In this document: piece by piece, positions 1 through 12,069 of the stretch
How the letters are laid out: each line of letters starts with the position of its first letter
How positions within the stretch are numbered: the stretch's first letter is position 1
Source of the DNA: Eledone cirrhosa
Taxonomy: Eukaryota
Assembly (NCBI GenBank): GCA_964016885.1
Contig: OZ024742.1
Coordinates: 18,166,001 to 18,230,000 of the forward strand
Reading direction: 5' to 3'
Length of the DNA stretch: 64,000 bases
Notes under the pieces: generated by a model
Told to the model about the DNA's origin: nothing
The model's database searches: none
The model's input: the letters and a program-made list of their open reading frames with translations, nothing else
Position numbers and translations under genes: made by a program

Positions 1-2935
1 ATACTAATGCTAACATTAACGCTAACCTTAACACAAAAACAAAGACTAACGCTAACACAATCACTAACACTAATGGAAACATCTAACACTAATGCTAACA
101 GAGATACTAACACAAATATTAACACAAAAACAAATACTAACACTGAAACTAACACTAACGTTAACTTGAACGCTAACACTAACCTGAAAACTAAGCTAAC
201 ATTAACCTAAACACTAACACAAACGCTCATGCTAACACTAACAGAAATACTAATGCTAACATTAACACAAAAACAAAGACTAACGCTAACACAATCACTA
301 ACACTAATGGAAACATCAATTACTAATGCTAACAGAGATACTAACACAAATATTAACACAAAAACAAACACTAACACAATATCTAACACTAACCTTAACA
401 CTAAAACTAACATTAACACTAACACTAACCTGAACACTTACACTAAAACTAACATTAACCTAAACACTAGCACTAAAACTAACACTACCATAAACAGTAA
501 CACGAACACTGATCTGAGCACTAACACTAACATAAAAATTAACACTAAAAAAACCACTAACACTAACACTAACCTGAACACTAACACTAAAACTAACATG
601 AAAACTGATACTAACCAGAAAACTAAGCTAACATTAACCTCAACACTAAAACAAACACTAACATTAACAGAAAAACAAAGACTAGCACTATCACTAATGG
701 AAACACTAACACAAACATTAACACAAAATAAAACACTAACACTAATGGAAAAAATAACACTAACACTAAAACTAACACTACCGTAAACACTAACCTGAAC
801 ACTAACACTAAAACTGACATTAACACGAACATTAACCTGAACACTAACACTACCACTAAAACTAATACTACCATAAACCACTAACCTGAGCACTAACACT
901 AAAAGTAACACGAGCCCTAATCTGAAAACAAACACTACCCAGAAAACTAAGTCAACATTAACCTGAACACGAACACTAACCTGAACACTAACACTAACAA
1001 AAATGTTAACACTAATACAAAATCAAACACGAACACTAATGGAAACACTAACACTAACGCCAACGCTGACACTGACGAAGATGGCTATGCTGGCACAAAC
1101 GCTAGCGCAAATGTTGACACAATCGCTTACGCTGACACAAACACTAACGTGAATACTGATGCAGGTGCAAAGACGAATGCTGACAAAGACTGACGCACAC
1201 GCTGATGTAAATGCTACACAGACTCTAACGCTGACGTGGACACTGACACAAATGCTCACGCTGATGCAAACACTAAAGCAAATGCAGACACTAATGCAAA
1301 CACAGACGCAAATGTTGATGCAGATGTTAAAGCAAACGCAAACGATGACAGCGATGCTAATGTGAACCTTAATGCAGACGTAAACATTGGTGTAGAAGCT
1401 AAAGGAAACACTGATGCAAACACTAATGAAAATGCTGACACAGATGCTAACACACTTTAACACAGATGCTAACGTAAACACTGACGCAGACGCTAATATA
1501 AACACTGACGCAGATGCTAATATAAACACTGACGCAGACGCTAACATAAACGCTGACACAGATGCTAACACACGTTGACACAGACGCAAACGTAAATGAT
1601 GACGTAGTAGCTAACGTAAATGCTGACACAGACGCAAATGTAAACGCTGACACTGATGTAGATGTAAATGCAGACGCTGACGTAGAAGCTAACACAAACG
1701 CTGACGACACTAATGTAAGCGCTGACGTAGAAGCTGATGTAGATGCTGATGTAGAAGCTAAAGTAAATGATGACGTAGTTGTTACGTAGATGCAGGCGTA
1801 GAAGTTAGCGTTGACCCCTACCGTCGAAGCTGATCTCCAAAACGCAATTGCTGATGCGGATTGCTGAAGCCAAAGCCAAGCTAACGCTGACGCAAATGTT
1901 GAGGCAGTTTTGCCGGCGCTGACGTGTATGCTGACACTAACGCAAATGCTGATGCGGACGCTAGGGCTAAGGCTAACGCTAATGCTGATGCAAATGCTGA
2001 AGTTAACGCTTACATGGGATATGCAGACGCTGCAATGATGAGGACGCCACAGGAAAGGTTGATGGAAACGCCAATGCTAACGGAAACGCTGACCAAGACG
2101 TTACGGAAACGCTGACGTAGAAGCTAACGTAAACACTGACACAGACGCTAACGTAAACACTGACGTTAACTGAAACGCTGACGCTGATATAGATGTAAAT
2201 ACTGACGCTGACACAGACGTGGTCGGAAACGCTGACGTAGAAGCTAACGGAAACGCTGACGTAGAAGCTAACGGAAATGCTGACATAGAAGCTAACGGAA
2301 ATGCTGAGAAAGATGTTAAAGGAAACGCTGTCGCAAACGCTAATGCTAATGTGAACGCTGATGCTGACGCAAATGCTAACCCCTACACAAATGCAAACGC
2401 TGATGCTAACACTGACTCAAACACTAATGCAAATGCTGACGTGCACGCTGATGCAAACGCTGACACTGAGGGAAATGCTGACACTGACACAAGTGCTGAC
2501 GCGGACGCTAATGATAATTCTGACTCGGAAGCTGACGTAGACGCAGGCACTGAAACAAACACTAATGTTGACTCAGACGCTAAGGGAAATGCTGACACAA
2601 TGCTGACACAATCACTATCACCAATGCAGACGCTGACGCAAATGCCGACATAGATGCTGACACTTACGCAAACACTAAGGCTAATCCAAACACTAATGCA
2701 GATGCTAACACCATTCTACATAGACACTAACACAAAAGCTTACATAGACGCTTATGCAAATGCTAACGCTGATGCAGACAGTAACGCAAACAGTAACAGT
2801 AAGAGTAACAGTTACAGTAACACTAACAGTGACAGTAATGCTAACAGTAACACAGTCACTAACAATAAACTTACCATTAACAGTAAAACTTACCTTAACA
2901 CTAACCCTAAATCTAACATTAATCCAGAGAAAAAA
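1..2935. repeat. Degenerate hexamer-based low-complexity array, grading from (AACACT)n to (GCTGAC/GCTAAC)n
   Basis: Continuous aacact/actaac repeats for the first ~1 kb, then gctgac/gcaaac/gatgct variants. ORFs here are only T-N, L-T or A-N-A-D repeats broken by stops. Confidence 0.85.
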
Positions 2936-3019
2936 GTCATTTGCAATCACATTTAAGGTCACTCTTTAAGATATAGAAGATAGGCATTACATTTTAATGA
3001 TTTTAATGTAAAGAGAATC

Positions 3020-6000
3020 ACACTATACAATGCAACACAATAACGCACCACAGCACACTAACCTACACGACACCAAACCAGATTATACCATACCTTGGTA
3101 AATTTATAATAGGTTTCCATGTTATAACTCCACCAAACTAAACCATACCAAACTACACCAAACCAAACCTCACCATAACAAACTACACCATGCTATTAAT
3201 CTCAGTGAGAACATTTTTTCTGTGTGTGTGTGTGCTTACCACCCAATCTGATATCAAAGGTGCTCACAAATGACTATTTTTTTTACACATTATCAATGTA
3301 TATAACATGGAAACCTATCATTTGCAATAGGTTCCCATGTCATAACTACAACAATCCAAACCACACCATAACAAACTACACCATTCTACATCACACCATG
3401 CTTTTGATCTCAGTGTGAAAAATTTTCTTCCTGTTTCTTTTTTTTTGTGTGTTATTACCACCCAATCTGACATCAAAAGTGCTGCAATTGACTATTTTTC
3501 GCACATATTATCAATAATTATGACATGGAAAATTGTCGAAAATGACTAGCTTTGTAGAAAAAAGAGGGAGGATGTGGGTGGAAATACCATTTACAAAGAT
3601 AGTCATTTTTTATTGCAGCGGAAGTCATATTTTTTCTTAATATGCTAAAACCATAGTCCACTGCGAGCATCTTGGAAGTTGTATTAGTTGATAGCACATG
3701 CAAAAGTGAAGGAAAAAATTTTTTTCTTACATAAATCAAAGTGGAAATTTAATTACTTACTTATAACAAAGCACACCACACCACTTTTTTTTTTTTTTGT
3801 GGTTACCACCTCAAACTAACATCAAAGGTGCTTGCAAATGACTATTTTCCCCACACATTATCAATGAATATGACATGGGAATCTATCGTATACAATTGGT
3901 TTCCATTTCATAACTTCACCAAACCAAACCAAACCAAACCACACCATACCAAGTTACACCATACTACATCACACCAAGCTATTGATCTTGCTGTGAAACA
4001 TTTTCTTCCCGTTTCATTTTTTTCTTAATTCCCATTTCATATTTTTTGTTAATATGCTAAAAGCATAATCCACTGTGAGCATCTTGGAAGTTGATAGCAC
4101 ATGCAAAAATGAAGGAAAAATTTTTTTTCTAACATAAATCAAAGTGGAAATTTAAAACCTCACTTATAACAAAGAACACCACAGCACATTAATCTACCCC
4201 AATCCACACCATAAATTCACCATAACCATAGTTCACTATATGGTAAATTTATTACAGAACACCTAACATTTACATCACACCATGGTATGGAGATCAATGT
4301 GACAAATTTGCTACCTGCTTTTTTTTTTTTTTTTTTGTGGTTACCACCTCAAACTAACATCAAAGGTGCTTGCAAATGACTAATTTCCCCACACATTATC
4401 AATGAATATGACATGGGAATCTATCGTTTACAATTGGTTTCCATTTCATAACTTCACCAAACCAAACCACACCATACTACATTGCACTAACCTATTGATC
4501 TTGGTGTGAACCATTTTCTTCCCGTTTCCTTTTTTTTTTTTGTTGTTTGTGCTTACCACCCAATCTGACATTAAAGGTGCTCCCAATTGACTATTTTTTT
4601 TCTACTTATCAGTAATTATGACATGGAAACCTGTCGAAAATGACTATCTTTGTAGAAACTTCACCAAACCACACCATACTACATCACACCAAGCTATTGA
4701 TTTTGGTGTGACAAATTTTCATCTGGCATTTTTTTTTTTTTTTTTTTGTGCTTACCACCCAATTTGACATAAAAGGTGCTTGCAAATTACTATTTTATGC
4801 ACATATTATCAATGGTTATGACATGGAAACCTGATGAAAATGACTAGCTTTGTAGAAAAAAGAGGGAGGATGTGGGTGGAAATAACATTTACAAAGCTAG
4901 TCATTTTTTATTGCAGCGGAAGTCATATTTTTTGTTAATATGCTAAAAACATAATCCACTGCGAGCATCTTGGAAGTTGATAGCACATGCAAAAATGAAG
5001 GAAACATTTTTTATAACATAAATCAAAGTGGAAATTTAAATCCTCACTTATAACAAAGCACACCACAGCACATTAATCTACCCCAATCCACACCATAACC
5101 ATACTTCACTATATGGTAAATTTATTACAAAACACCTACTCCTACCATTTACATCACACCATGGTATGAACATCAATGTGACAAATTTGCTACCTGCTTT
5201 TTTTTTTTTTTTTTTTTTTGTGGTTACCACCCAAACTAACATCAAATGTGCCTGCAAATGACTATTTTCCCACACATTATCAATGAATATGACATGGGAA
5301 TCTATCGTATACAATTGGTTTCCATTTCATAACTTCATCAAACCACACCATACCAAACCACACCATACTACATCGCACCAATCTATTGATCTTGGTGTGA
5401 AAAATTTTTTTGTCGTTTCCTTTTTTTTTTTTTTTCTGTGTGCTTACCACCCAATCTGACATTACAGGTGCTCCCAATTGACTATTTTTTTCCACTAATC
5501 AATAATTATGACATGGAAACCTGTCGAAAATGACTATCTTTGTAGAAACTTCACCAAACCACACCATACTACATCACACCAAGTTATTGATTTTGGAGTG
5601 ACAAATTTTCATTTGGCATTTTTTTTTTTTTTTTTTTTTTGTGTGCTTACCACCCAATTTGACATAAATGGTGCATGCAAATTACTATTTTATGCACATA
5701 TTATCAATGGTTATGACATGGAAACCTGATGAAAATGACTAGTTTTGTAGAAAAAAGAGAGAGGATGTGGGTGGAAATACCATTTACAAAGCTAGTCATT
5801 TTTTATTGCAGTGGAAGTCATATTTTTTGTTAATATGCTAAAAGCATAGTGTACTGCGAGCATCTTGGAAGTTGATAGCACATGCAAAACTGAAGGAAAA
5901 ATTTTTTTCTAACATAAATCAAAGTGGAAATTTAAATCCTCACTTATAACAAATCACACCACAGCACATTAATCTACCCTAATCCACACCATATACTTCA

Positions 6001-6290
6001 CCATATGGTAAATTTATTACAGAACACCTACTCCTACCATTTACATCACACTAATGCTCGCAGTTGACTATTTTTTTCACATATTATGAATGAATATAAC
6101 TTTGAAACCTATCATCAATGATTAGCTTTGTAGAAAAATGAAGGCAGAAAGTGGGTGGAAAAACTATTCACAAAGCTAGTCATTTTTAATTGCAGTGGAA
6201 ATCATATTTGTTGTTAAAATGCTAAAAAAATAGTCAATTGCAAGCATTTTGGAGGTCGGATTAGTTGATAGGACATAAAAAAACAAAGGA
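3020..6290. repeat. Diverged tandem repeat with ~0.9-1.3 kb composite units
   Basis: gtagaaaaaagagggaggatgtgggtggaaa recurs at ~3555, ~4852 and ~5747, with a variant at ~6130. catcttggaagttgatagcacatgcaaaa and ttatgacatggaaacctg also recur. Confidence 0.8.
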
Positions 6291-6407
6291 ACACAAATAT
6301 TGTCTATATGTTCCTGTGGAAAGTCGGGTCTTCTGTATTACTGTGTGATGCCAGAGGTCATGGTCGTGTGTCATTGCCCTTGAGAGGTGCAATTGGGAAA
6401 GGTCGGC

Positions 6408-7345
6408 TTAGAAATATTTACTTCTGCGTTCACAGATCGATTTTTTTTTTTTTAGTTTCAGAAGATCCCATTAAGGGTCAAAGCAGCCGATTCTTTGCTT
6501 AAACTTTAATCTCTTATTTTAATAAATATTTGCTCTACGGTTCTTATATATTTGATATATATTTATCCTTATCGAGCCCTCTTTGGATGTTAGTCTTCAA
6601 ATTTATTATTATTACTATTTGGCTCCCTTGATTGAGTACTCTATTGACTTATATTCATCATGCAGAAACATCTGAATATTTCTACAAAGAACATACCCGT
6701 ACCAAGCAAGAAGAAATACCTAAAACTACGTCTCCACAAACCAAAGTATCGTCTTCCTGTCTTCCTTCGGTTGCAACGTTTTTCGAAATATTTACTTCTG
6801 CGTTCACAGATTGATTTTTTTCTTTTAATTTCAGAAGATCCCATTAAGGGTGAAAGCAGCCTATTATTTGCTTAAACTTTAATCAGTTATTTTAATAAAT
6901 ATTTGCTTTACGGTTCTTATATATTTGATATATATTTATCCTTATCGAGCCCTCTTTGGATGTTAGTCTTCAAATTTATTATTATTACTATTTGGCTCCC
7001 TTGATTGAGTACTCTATTGACTTATATTCATCATGCAGAAACATCTGAATATTTCTACAAAGAACATACCCGTACCAAGCAGGAAGAAATACCTAAAACT
7101 ACGTCTCCACGAACCAAAGTATCGTCTTCCTGTCTTCCTTCGGTTGCAACGTTTTCGAAATATTTACTTCTGCGTTCACAGATTGATTTTTTTTTTTTTA
7201 GTTTCAGAAGATCCCATTAAGGGTGAAAGCAGCCGATTCTTTGCTTAAACTTTAATGTTATTTTAATAAATATTTGCTCTACGGTTCTTATATAATTGAT
7301 ATATATTTATCCCTATCGAGCCCTCTTTGGATTTTAGTCTTCATA
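6408..7345. repeat. ~373-bp tandem duplication (~2.5 copies)
   Basis: Near-identical spurious ORFs at 6632/7005 and 6660/7033. aaatatttacttctgcgttcacaga occurs three times. Confidence 0.9.
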
Positions 7346-7358
7346 TGTATTATTATTA

Positions 7359-7390
<32 letters not shown>

Positions 7391-7437
7391 ATATATATAC
7401 AGTATATATATATATATATATATATACATACATACAT

Positions 7438-7805
7438 ATTGAGAGCATTGGCCTTGCAATCGAAAGGTTGTGAGTTCAATTCTCACACCGGGTGATGTGT
7501 TGTTTCCTTGAGCAAGACACTTTATTTCACATTGCTCCAGTTTACTCAGCTGTAGAAATGAGATGATAAGACTGGAGTCCCTATCATTCCACTGCAAAGT
7601 GGTCGTGGAGGTGCCACGGCAAAAAAGCACCCAGCCCACACTGTAAAGTGGATGTGGAGGTGCCACGGGAAAAAAGCACCCAGCACTCACTGTAAATGAG
7701 GTTGGTGTTAGGAAGGGCATTCAGCTGTAGAAATCAAGCCAGAATCAGTTCCCGTCCCACCCTTACAAGCAGGGAAAAAGTGGATGTAAAATGAAATGAT
7801 GATGA
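7438..7805 (+). mobile_element. tRNA-derived SINE (family A, RTE-like tail), 5'-clipped
   Basis: B-box gagttcaattc and a (gat)n tail. Nearly identical to 56239-56580. Confidence 0.8.
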
Positions 7806-8140
7806 ATGCTCCCAGCTGTGGTCACCCCATAGTATCAAACTAACCATGGAGCTTGAAGCAATCCAATGAAGCTACACCAAGAAGGTTGCCACGATGAAGG
7901 AGATAAACTACTGGGAGAGTCTAAAAGAACTGAAACTCTACTCTTCGGAATGAAGACGGGAGAGATATGCAATGATATACATATGGAAAATCCTGGGGGG
8001 GACTAAGACCAAACTTTCGCATCGAGAGCTGGACCAATTCTCGAACAGGACGTCATTGTGTGGTACCAAAGGTCCCGTCTTCCACATCTAAAATCAGGAG
8101 CAGCTATTGTAATAGCCTGGGGTTCAAAGGCCCTCAACTT
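7806..8140 (+). mobile_element. CR1/L2-group LINE ORF2 C-terminal fragment
   Basis: Manual translation gives ELEAIQ*SYTKKVATMKEINYWESLKELKLYSSE*RRERYAMIYIWKIL, typical of the CR1/L2 post-RT region, with stops. Confidence 0.65.
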
Positions 8141-8214
8141 GGTTTTCAAAATTTAAATTTGTGTTTCCTATTCATCAATGCTTCAATCAAGCTATAAAAC
8201 TCTGTTATATTGTT

Positions 8215-9020
8215 TACCGTGTCACCATCACGACCACTTTACAGTGTTTCAGTCTGTTCTCATGAAAGATATATTGGCGGGTGGGATGGAGTGGTGCATA
8301 CTGTATGTATGTTTCAGCCTTGGCCTGGGCCCGTGGGAAGTTGGGGTTTCTGTATTACCTCATAACGCCAGAGATCTTGGTCCTGTGTCATTGCCTTTCA
8401 GGGGTGCAATTGGGCAAGGTCGGCTTTTATCACTTCATCTCAAGTCTTTCTGGGACTTTATGTAGCTGTCATCCGTCATTCGAATCACATGTCCATACCA
8501 ACATAATCTCCTCTCCTGCACATTTGATTCCTCTTAGGCCTAGTTTCTCTTTCAGTTTGTTTATGCTTTGCTGTTCGCGTATATTACTATTACACATCCA
8601 TCGGAGCATACAAGCTTCATTCCTTTCTAATCTACGCAAGTCTTCTACACACAGCGCCCAGCTCTCACTACCATGCAACATTGCCGTTCATATGCACACA
8701 TCATACAGTCTACCTTTTATTCTGAGGGAAAAGCCTTTTGTATTTAGCTGTGACAGTAGCTCCCTCAACTTCTTCCATCCCGTTCTTTCAGAACCCCCCC
8801 CCCTCCTCTGCTGCTAATTCGGTATTGTTTTTACCAAGTCCTCCCAGACTTTGATGTCACTTGTTTTCAGTGATTGTCCTGCTTACTGTCCTGGTGCAAC
8901 TGCTACATGTAAAGCCTACATTCTTAACTAAACTTCCTGAGATCCCACTACATCTCTTGTGTACCCATAGTTTGCATATGGGGCAGAGGATGGAGTTTCT
9001 ACCTACACCTCTCCTACATA
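8215..9020 (-). mobile_element. Degenerate RTE LINE 3' fragment
   Basis: MLHGSESWALCVEDLRRLERNEACMLRWMC and CSLCRRGVGRNSILCPICKLWVHKRCSG match the RTE ORF at 56.7-59.1 kb. Confidence 0.9.
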
Positions 9021-9309
9021 ATGAGCACACACACACATATATATATACACACACTCACATATATATATATACTATCCGAATTACCAGCGCCTTGCTGCGT
9101 TTCACACATTTTTTTTTGTAAGAAAATGATGATTGATTTTAAATCAGTGATATAATTTATGGAGAAAAACTCAATATTACTCAATGTAAAATATAATGCA
9201 TGAAAAATTGGAAAACATCATTTTTTGTAATATATCAAATCAAAATTGCATTATTAAATCTTATTCTTATTTTGTTTCTTGTAAATAATTTTTTTCAAAA
9301 TATCAATTG

Positions 9310-9830
9310 AAAACTTTTGTGAATAGGCATATCTTATCATTTACCTATGGTTTAAGTTTCATATAAATCGAAAGGGAAAAGTTTTCAGCGGGGGTTTGTA
9401 CCCCCGGGGAACCCTAATAGGGAGTTTAACCACCATTAAGGTGTCTTATAGTATTGAAATTTTGTGAATAGGCATCATATCTCTTCATTTATCTATGGTT
9501 TAAATTGCATATAAATCGAACCGAAAACATTTTCAGCGGGGATTTTGTGCCCCCTGGTGAACCCTAATAGGGGGTTTAACCCCCATTAGGGTATTTTAAT
9601 TTTATTGAAATTTGCTTAAATTTTGTGAATAGGCATCATATCTTGTCATTTACCTATGGTTTAAATTTCATATAAATCAAAGGTAAAGTTTCAGCGGCGG
9701 TTTTGTGCCCCCGATGAACCTTTTGATTAAAATGAAATATACTTATACAAGTACCCTGGGCAATGTAGTTTCAGAATATATATGGTTATGGGGTCTATCT
9801 CCAAAACCATAGGAGGAGTTCGTAAAATCT
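9310..9830. repeat. Three diverged ~165-bp tandem units, probably internal to an unclassified element that continues at 10470-10545
   Basis: ttttgtgaataggcat...aaccctaataggggg tttaacccccattagg is repeated, and the motif resumes after the MITE. Confidence 0.6.
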
Positions 9831-9832
9831 TG

Positions 9833-10461
9833 GGCATAGGTTAATTATAACGTTCGAGAAAGTGAAAGTCAATTTTCTGACAAGTGAATGTGTTTGTTTG
9901 TTTTTTTTACATTGAAATTTACGATACAGTTTGTTTATTTACAACAGGTCTCTATAGTGATATGGTGTTAATTAGTATTGCGTGTGTGATTATTTTCTCT
10001 TATATATATATGTGTGGGTGTGTATATATATGTGTGTCTGTATGTATATATATATGTGTGTTTGTATATATATATGTGTTTGTGTCATCATCATCGTTTA
10101 GATGTTTTTACCCAAATCCCTTATCATTCTCTGTCCTTCTTATGACCCGGCCTTAATTTGTTTATAGCTGGTGCCAACTTTGGCAAGATATTATAAAAAC
10201 ATCTAAACGATGATGATGACACAAACACATATATATACAAACACATATATATATACATACAGACACACATATATATACACACATATATATATAAGAGAAA
10301 ATAATCACACACGCAATACTAATTAACACCATATCACTATAGAGACCTGTTGTAAATAAACAAACTGTATCGTAAATTTCAATGTAAAAAAAACAAAAAA
10401 ACACATTCACTTGTCAGAAAAATGACTTTCACTTTCTCGAACGTTATAATTAACCTATGCC
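9833..10461. mobile_element. Fold-back MITE with ~275-bp TIRs and 8-bp TSD (Merlin-type ends)
   Basis: Begins GGCATAGGTTAATTATAACG and ends with its reverse complement. AAATCTTG is duplicated at 9825-9832 and 10462-10469. Confidence 0.9.
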
Positions 10462-10559
10462 AAATCTTGTTCCATTTATTGGCCAAACTTTTCACTATAG
10501 GGCGTTTAACCCCCATTAGGGTGTCTTAATATTATTGAAATTTGCACACACACACACAC

Positions 10560-10704
10560 ATGAAAATATGTGACGTCATTCGTCAACCTTCCCCTACTTT
10601 CACTTCTGACAGCTAATACCATGAACTGTAAAAATACAGTTCATGGTATTAGCTGTCAGAAGTGAAAGTAGGGGAAGGTTGACGAATGATGTCACATATT
10701 TTCA
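10560..10704. repeat. Near-perfect ~70-bp-arm palindrome at the Merlin left end
   Basis: ...ctgacagctaataccatgaactgta-aaaa-tacagttcatggtattagctgtcag..., with a 4-nt loop and one visible mismatch. Confidence 0.9.
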
Positions 10705-11008
10705 TAGTTATGGTTATCAATATAAAAAACAAGTCATTTTCATCAACAGTGGAGTTAACTTAAATGAAAATATAGGTGGCCCTTAAAAGGGCCAAATTAT
10801 AGTTATCAAATTTTCTTCACCAACCTTATATATTTATGAAGAAATGTTTAGAAAACAAATTATTTTCACCAACCTTATTCAAAAGCATGGATACAGTGCC
10901 CATGGAGACAATCCCCACCAATCAGCAACAATCATCACCAACACCACGTGTAAATAAATAAACTTTAATCTTTACTTTGTGATAATACACGCATCTGCAA
11001 GTTGAAAA

Positions 11009-11911
11009 ATGAGTCCTATAATATATCCAAGTGTTAAGGGAATTAACCATCGCGATCTTTCCATCGCTACTACAGCAGATACCGTCAATTGGTTGAAAAT
11101 TCAAGGACTTCTGAATACACAAAAGGTCTGCCCTTCATGTGGTCAACGTATGTTGGAAGTAGCGAAACAAAATGTGTCAGATGGGATTATCTGGTCATGT
11201 AAAAGACCATGTAGAAAACAGGTTTCTATTAGAAAAGGCACATTTTCTAAAAATAGCAATTTGAAGTGTGAACAAATAGTTGATATATTATATTTTGGGG
11301 CAAAAGAAGATTTAGCCAAGAAGATTTCAGAGGAATGTCGTATCGCGAATGTGGCCGTAGCAGATTGGCGAAATTTTTGCCGTGATGTATGTGCAGAGTA
11401 CTATGTGGCACAAAACATTAAGCTTGGCGGGCCAAACCGAATTGTCGAGATTGATGAAAGCACATTCGTGAGAAGGAAATACCATCGTGGCCATTCTGTG
11501 AAAACACAGTGGGTTTTTGGTGCTTTGGAAAGAAGTACCAGAAGATGTATTTTAGTAGCAGTAGAAGACAGGACAGCGGAGACACTTTTAACCATTATAC
11601 AGGATCGTATATTACCAGGGACAACCATAATATCTGATCTATGGCGTTCCTATAATACGATCGATCAGCTAGGCTATCAACATTTGACGGTGAACCATTC
11701 GATCAATTTTGTTGATCCAGTAACATTTGCCACAACGAATCACATAGAATGCTTGTGGAAACACGTAAAAAATAGGAATAAAAGGGAAAACGGGATAGCC
11801 AGAAATGTGCTTCAAACCCATCTCATTGAATTCATGTGGCGGTATGAATTTAAAGGAGAAATTTTCCAAAAGTTATTAGAACATATCCGTCATCTGATTC
11901 CATGCATTTGA
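11009..11911 (+). CDS. Merlin/ISXO2-family DDE transposase, apparently intact (300 aa)
   Basis: N-terminal Zn ribbon CPSC...WSCKRPC. Catalytic motifs VEIDES, IISDLWRSY, H.TVNHS..FVDP and TNHIECLW. No stops or frameshifts. Confidence 0.93.
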   Translation: MSPIIYPSVKGINHRDLSIATTADTVNWLKIQGLLNTQKVCPSCGQRMLEVAKQNVSDGIIWSCKRPCRKQVSIRKGTFSKNSNLKCEQIVDILYFGAKEDLAKKISEECRIANVAVADWRNFCRDVCAEYYVAQNIKLGGPNRIVEIDESTFVRRKYHRGHSVKTQWVFGALERSTRRCILVAVEDRTAETLLTIIQDRILPGTTIISDLWRSYNTIDQLGYQHLTVNHSINFVDPVTFATTNHIECLWKHVKNRNKRENGIARNVLQTHLIEFMWRYEFKGEIFQKLLEHIRHLIPCI

Positions 11912-12048
11912 ATAAGGTTGGTGAAAAAAATGTTTCTAAACATGCTTTTGAATAAGGTTGGTGAATAATGAAAATATAAATCAATAAATCAAATTTATTT
12001 GATAACCATGACTTGTTTTCTAATTAACTTAAATTTGTTTTCTAATTT

Positions 12049-12069
12049 GGCCCTTTTAAGGGCCACCTA
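12049..12069 (+). other. Histone 3'-UTR-type stem-loop motif
   Basis: GGCCCT-TTTA-AGGGCC-ACCTA, ~137 nt after the transposase stop. A mirror copy lies on the - strand at 10773-10793. Confidence 0.6.

Noticed and set aside
6632-7248. Duplicated short ORFs
   Set aside because: Arise from the 373-bp tandem duplication and show no domain or splice support.
9884-10410. Mirror-image ORF pair
   Set aside because: These are the two TIR arms of the MITE, including microsatellite.
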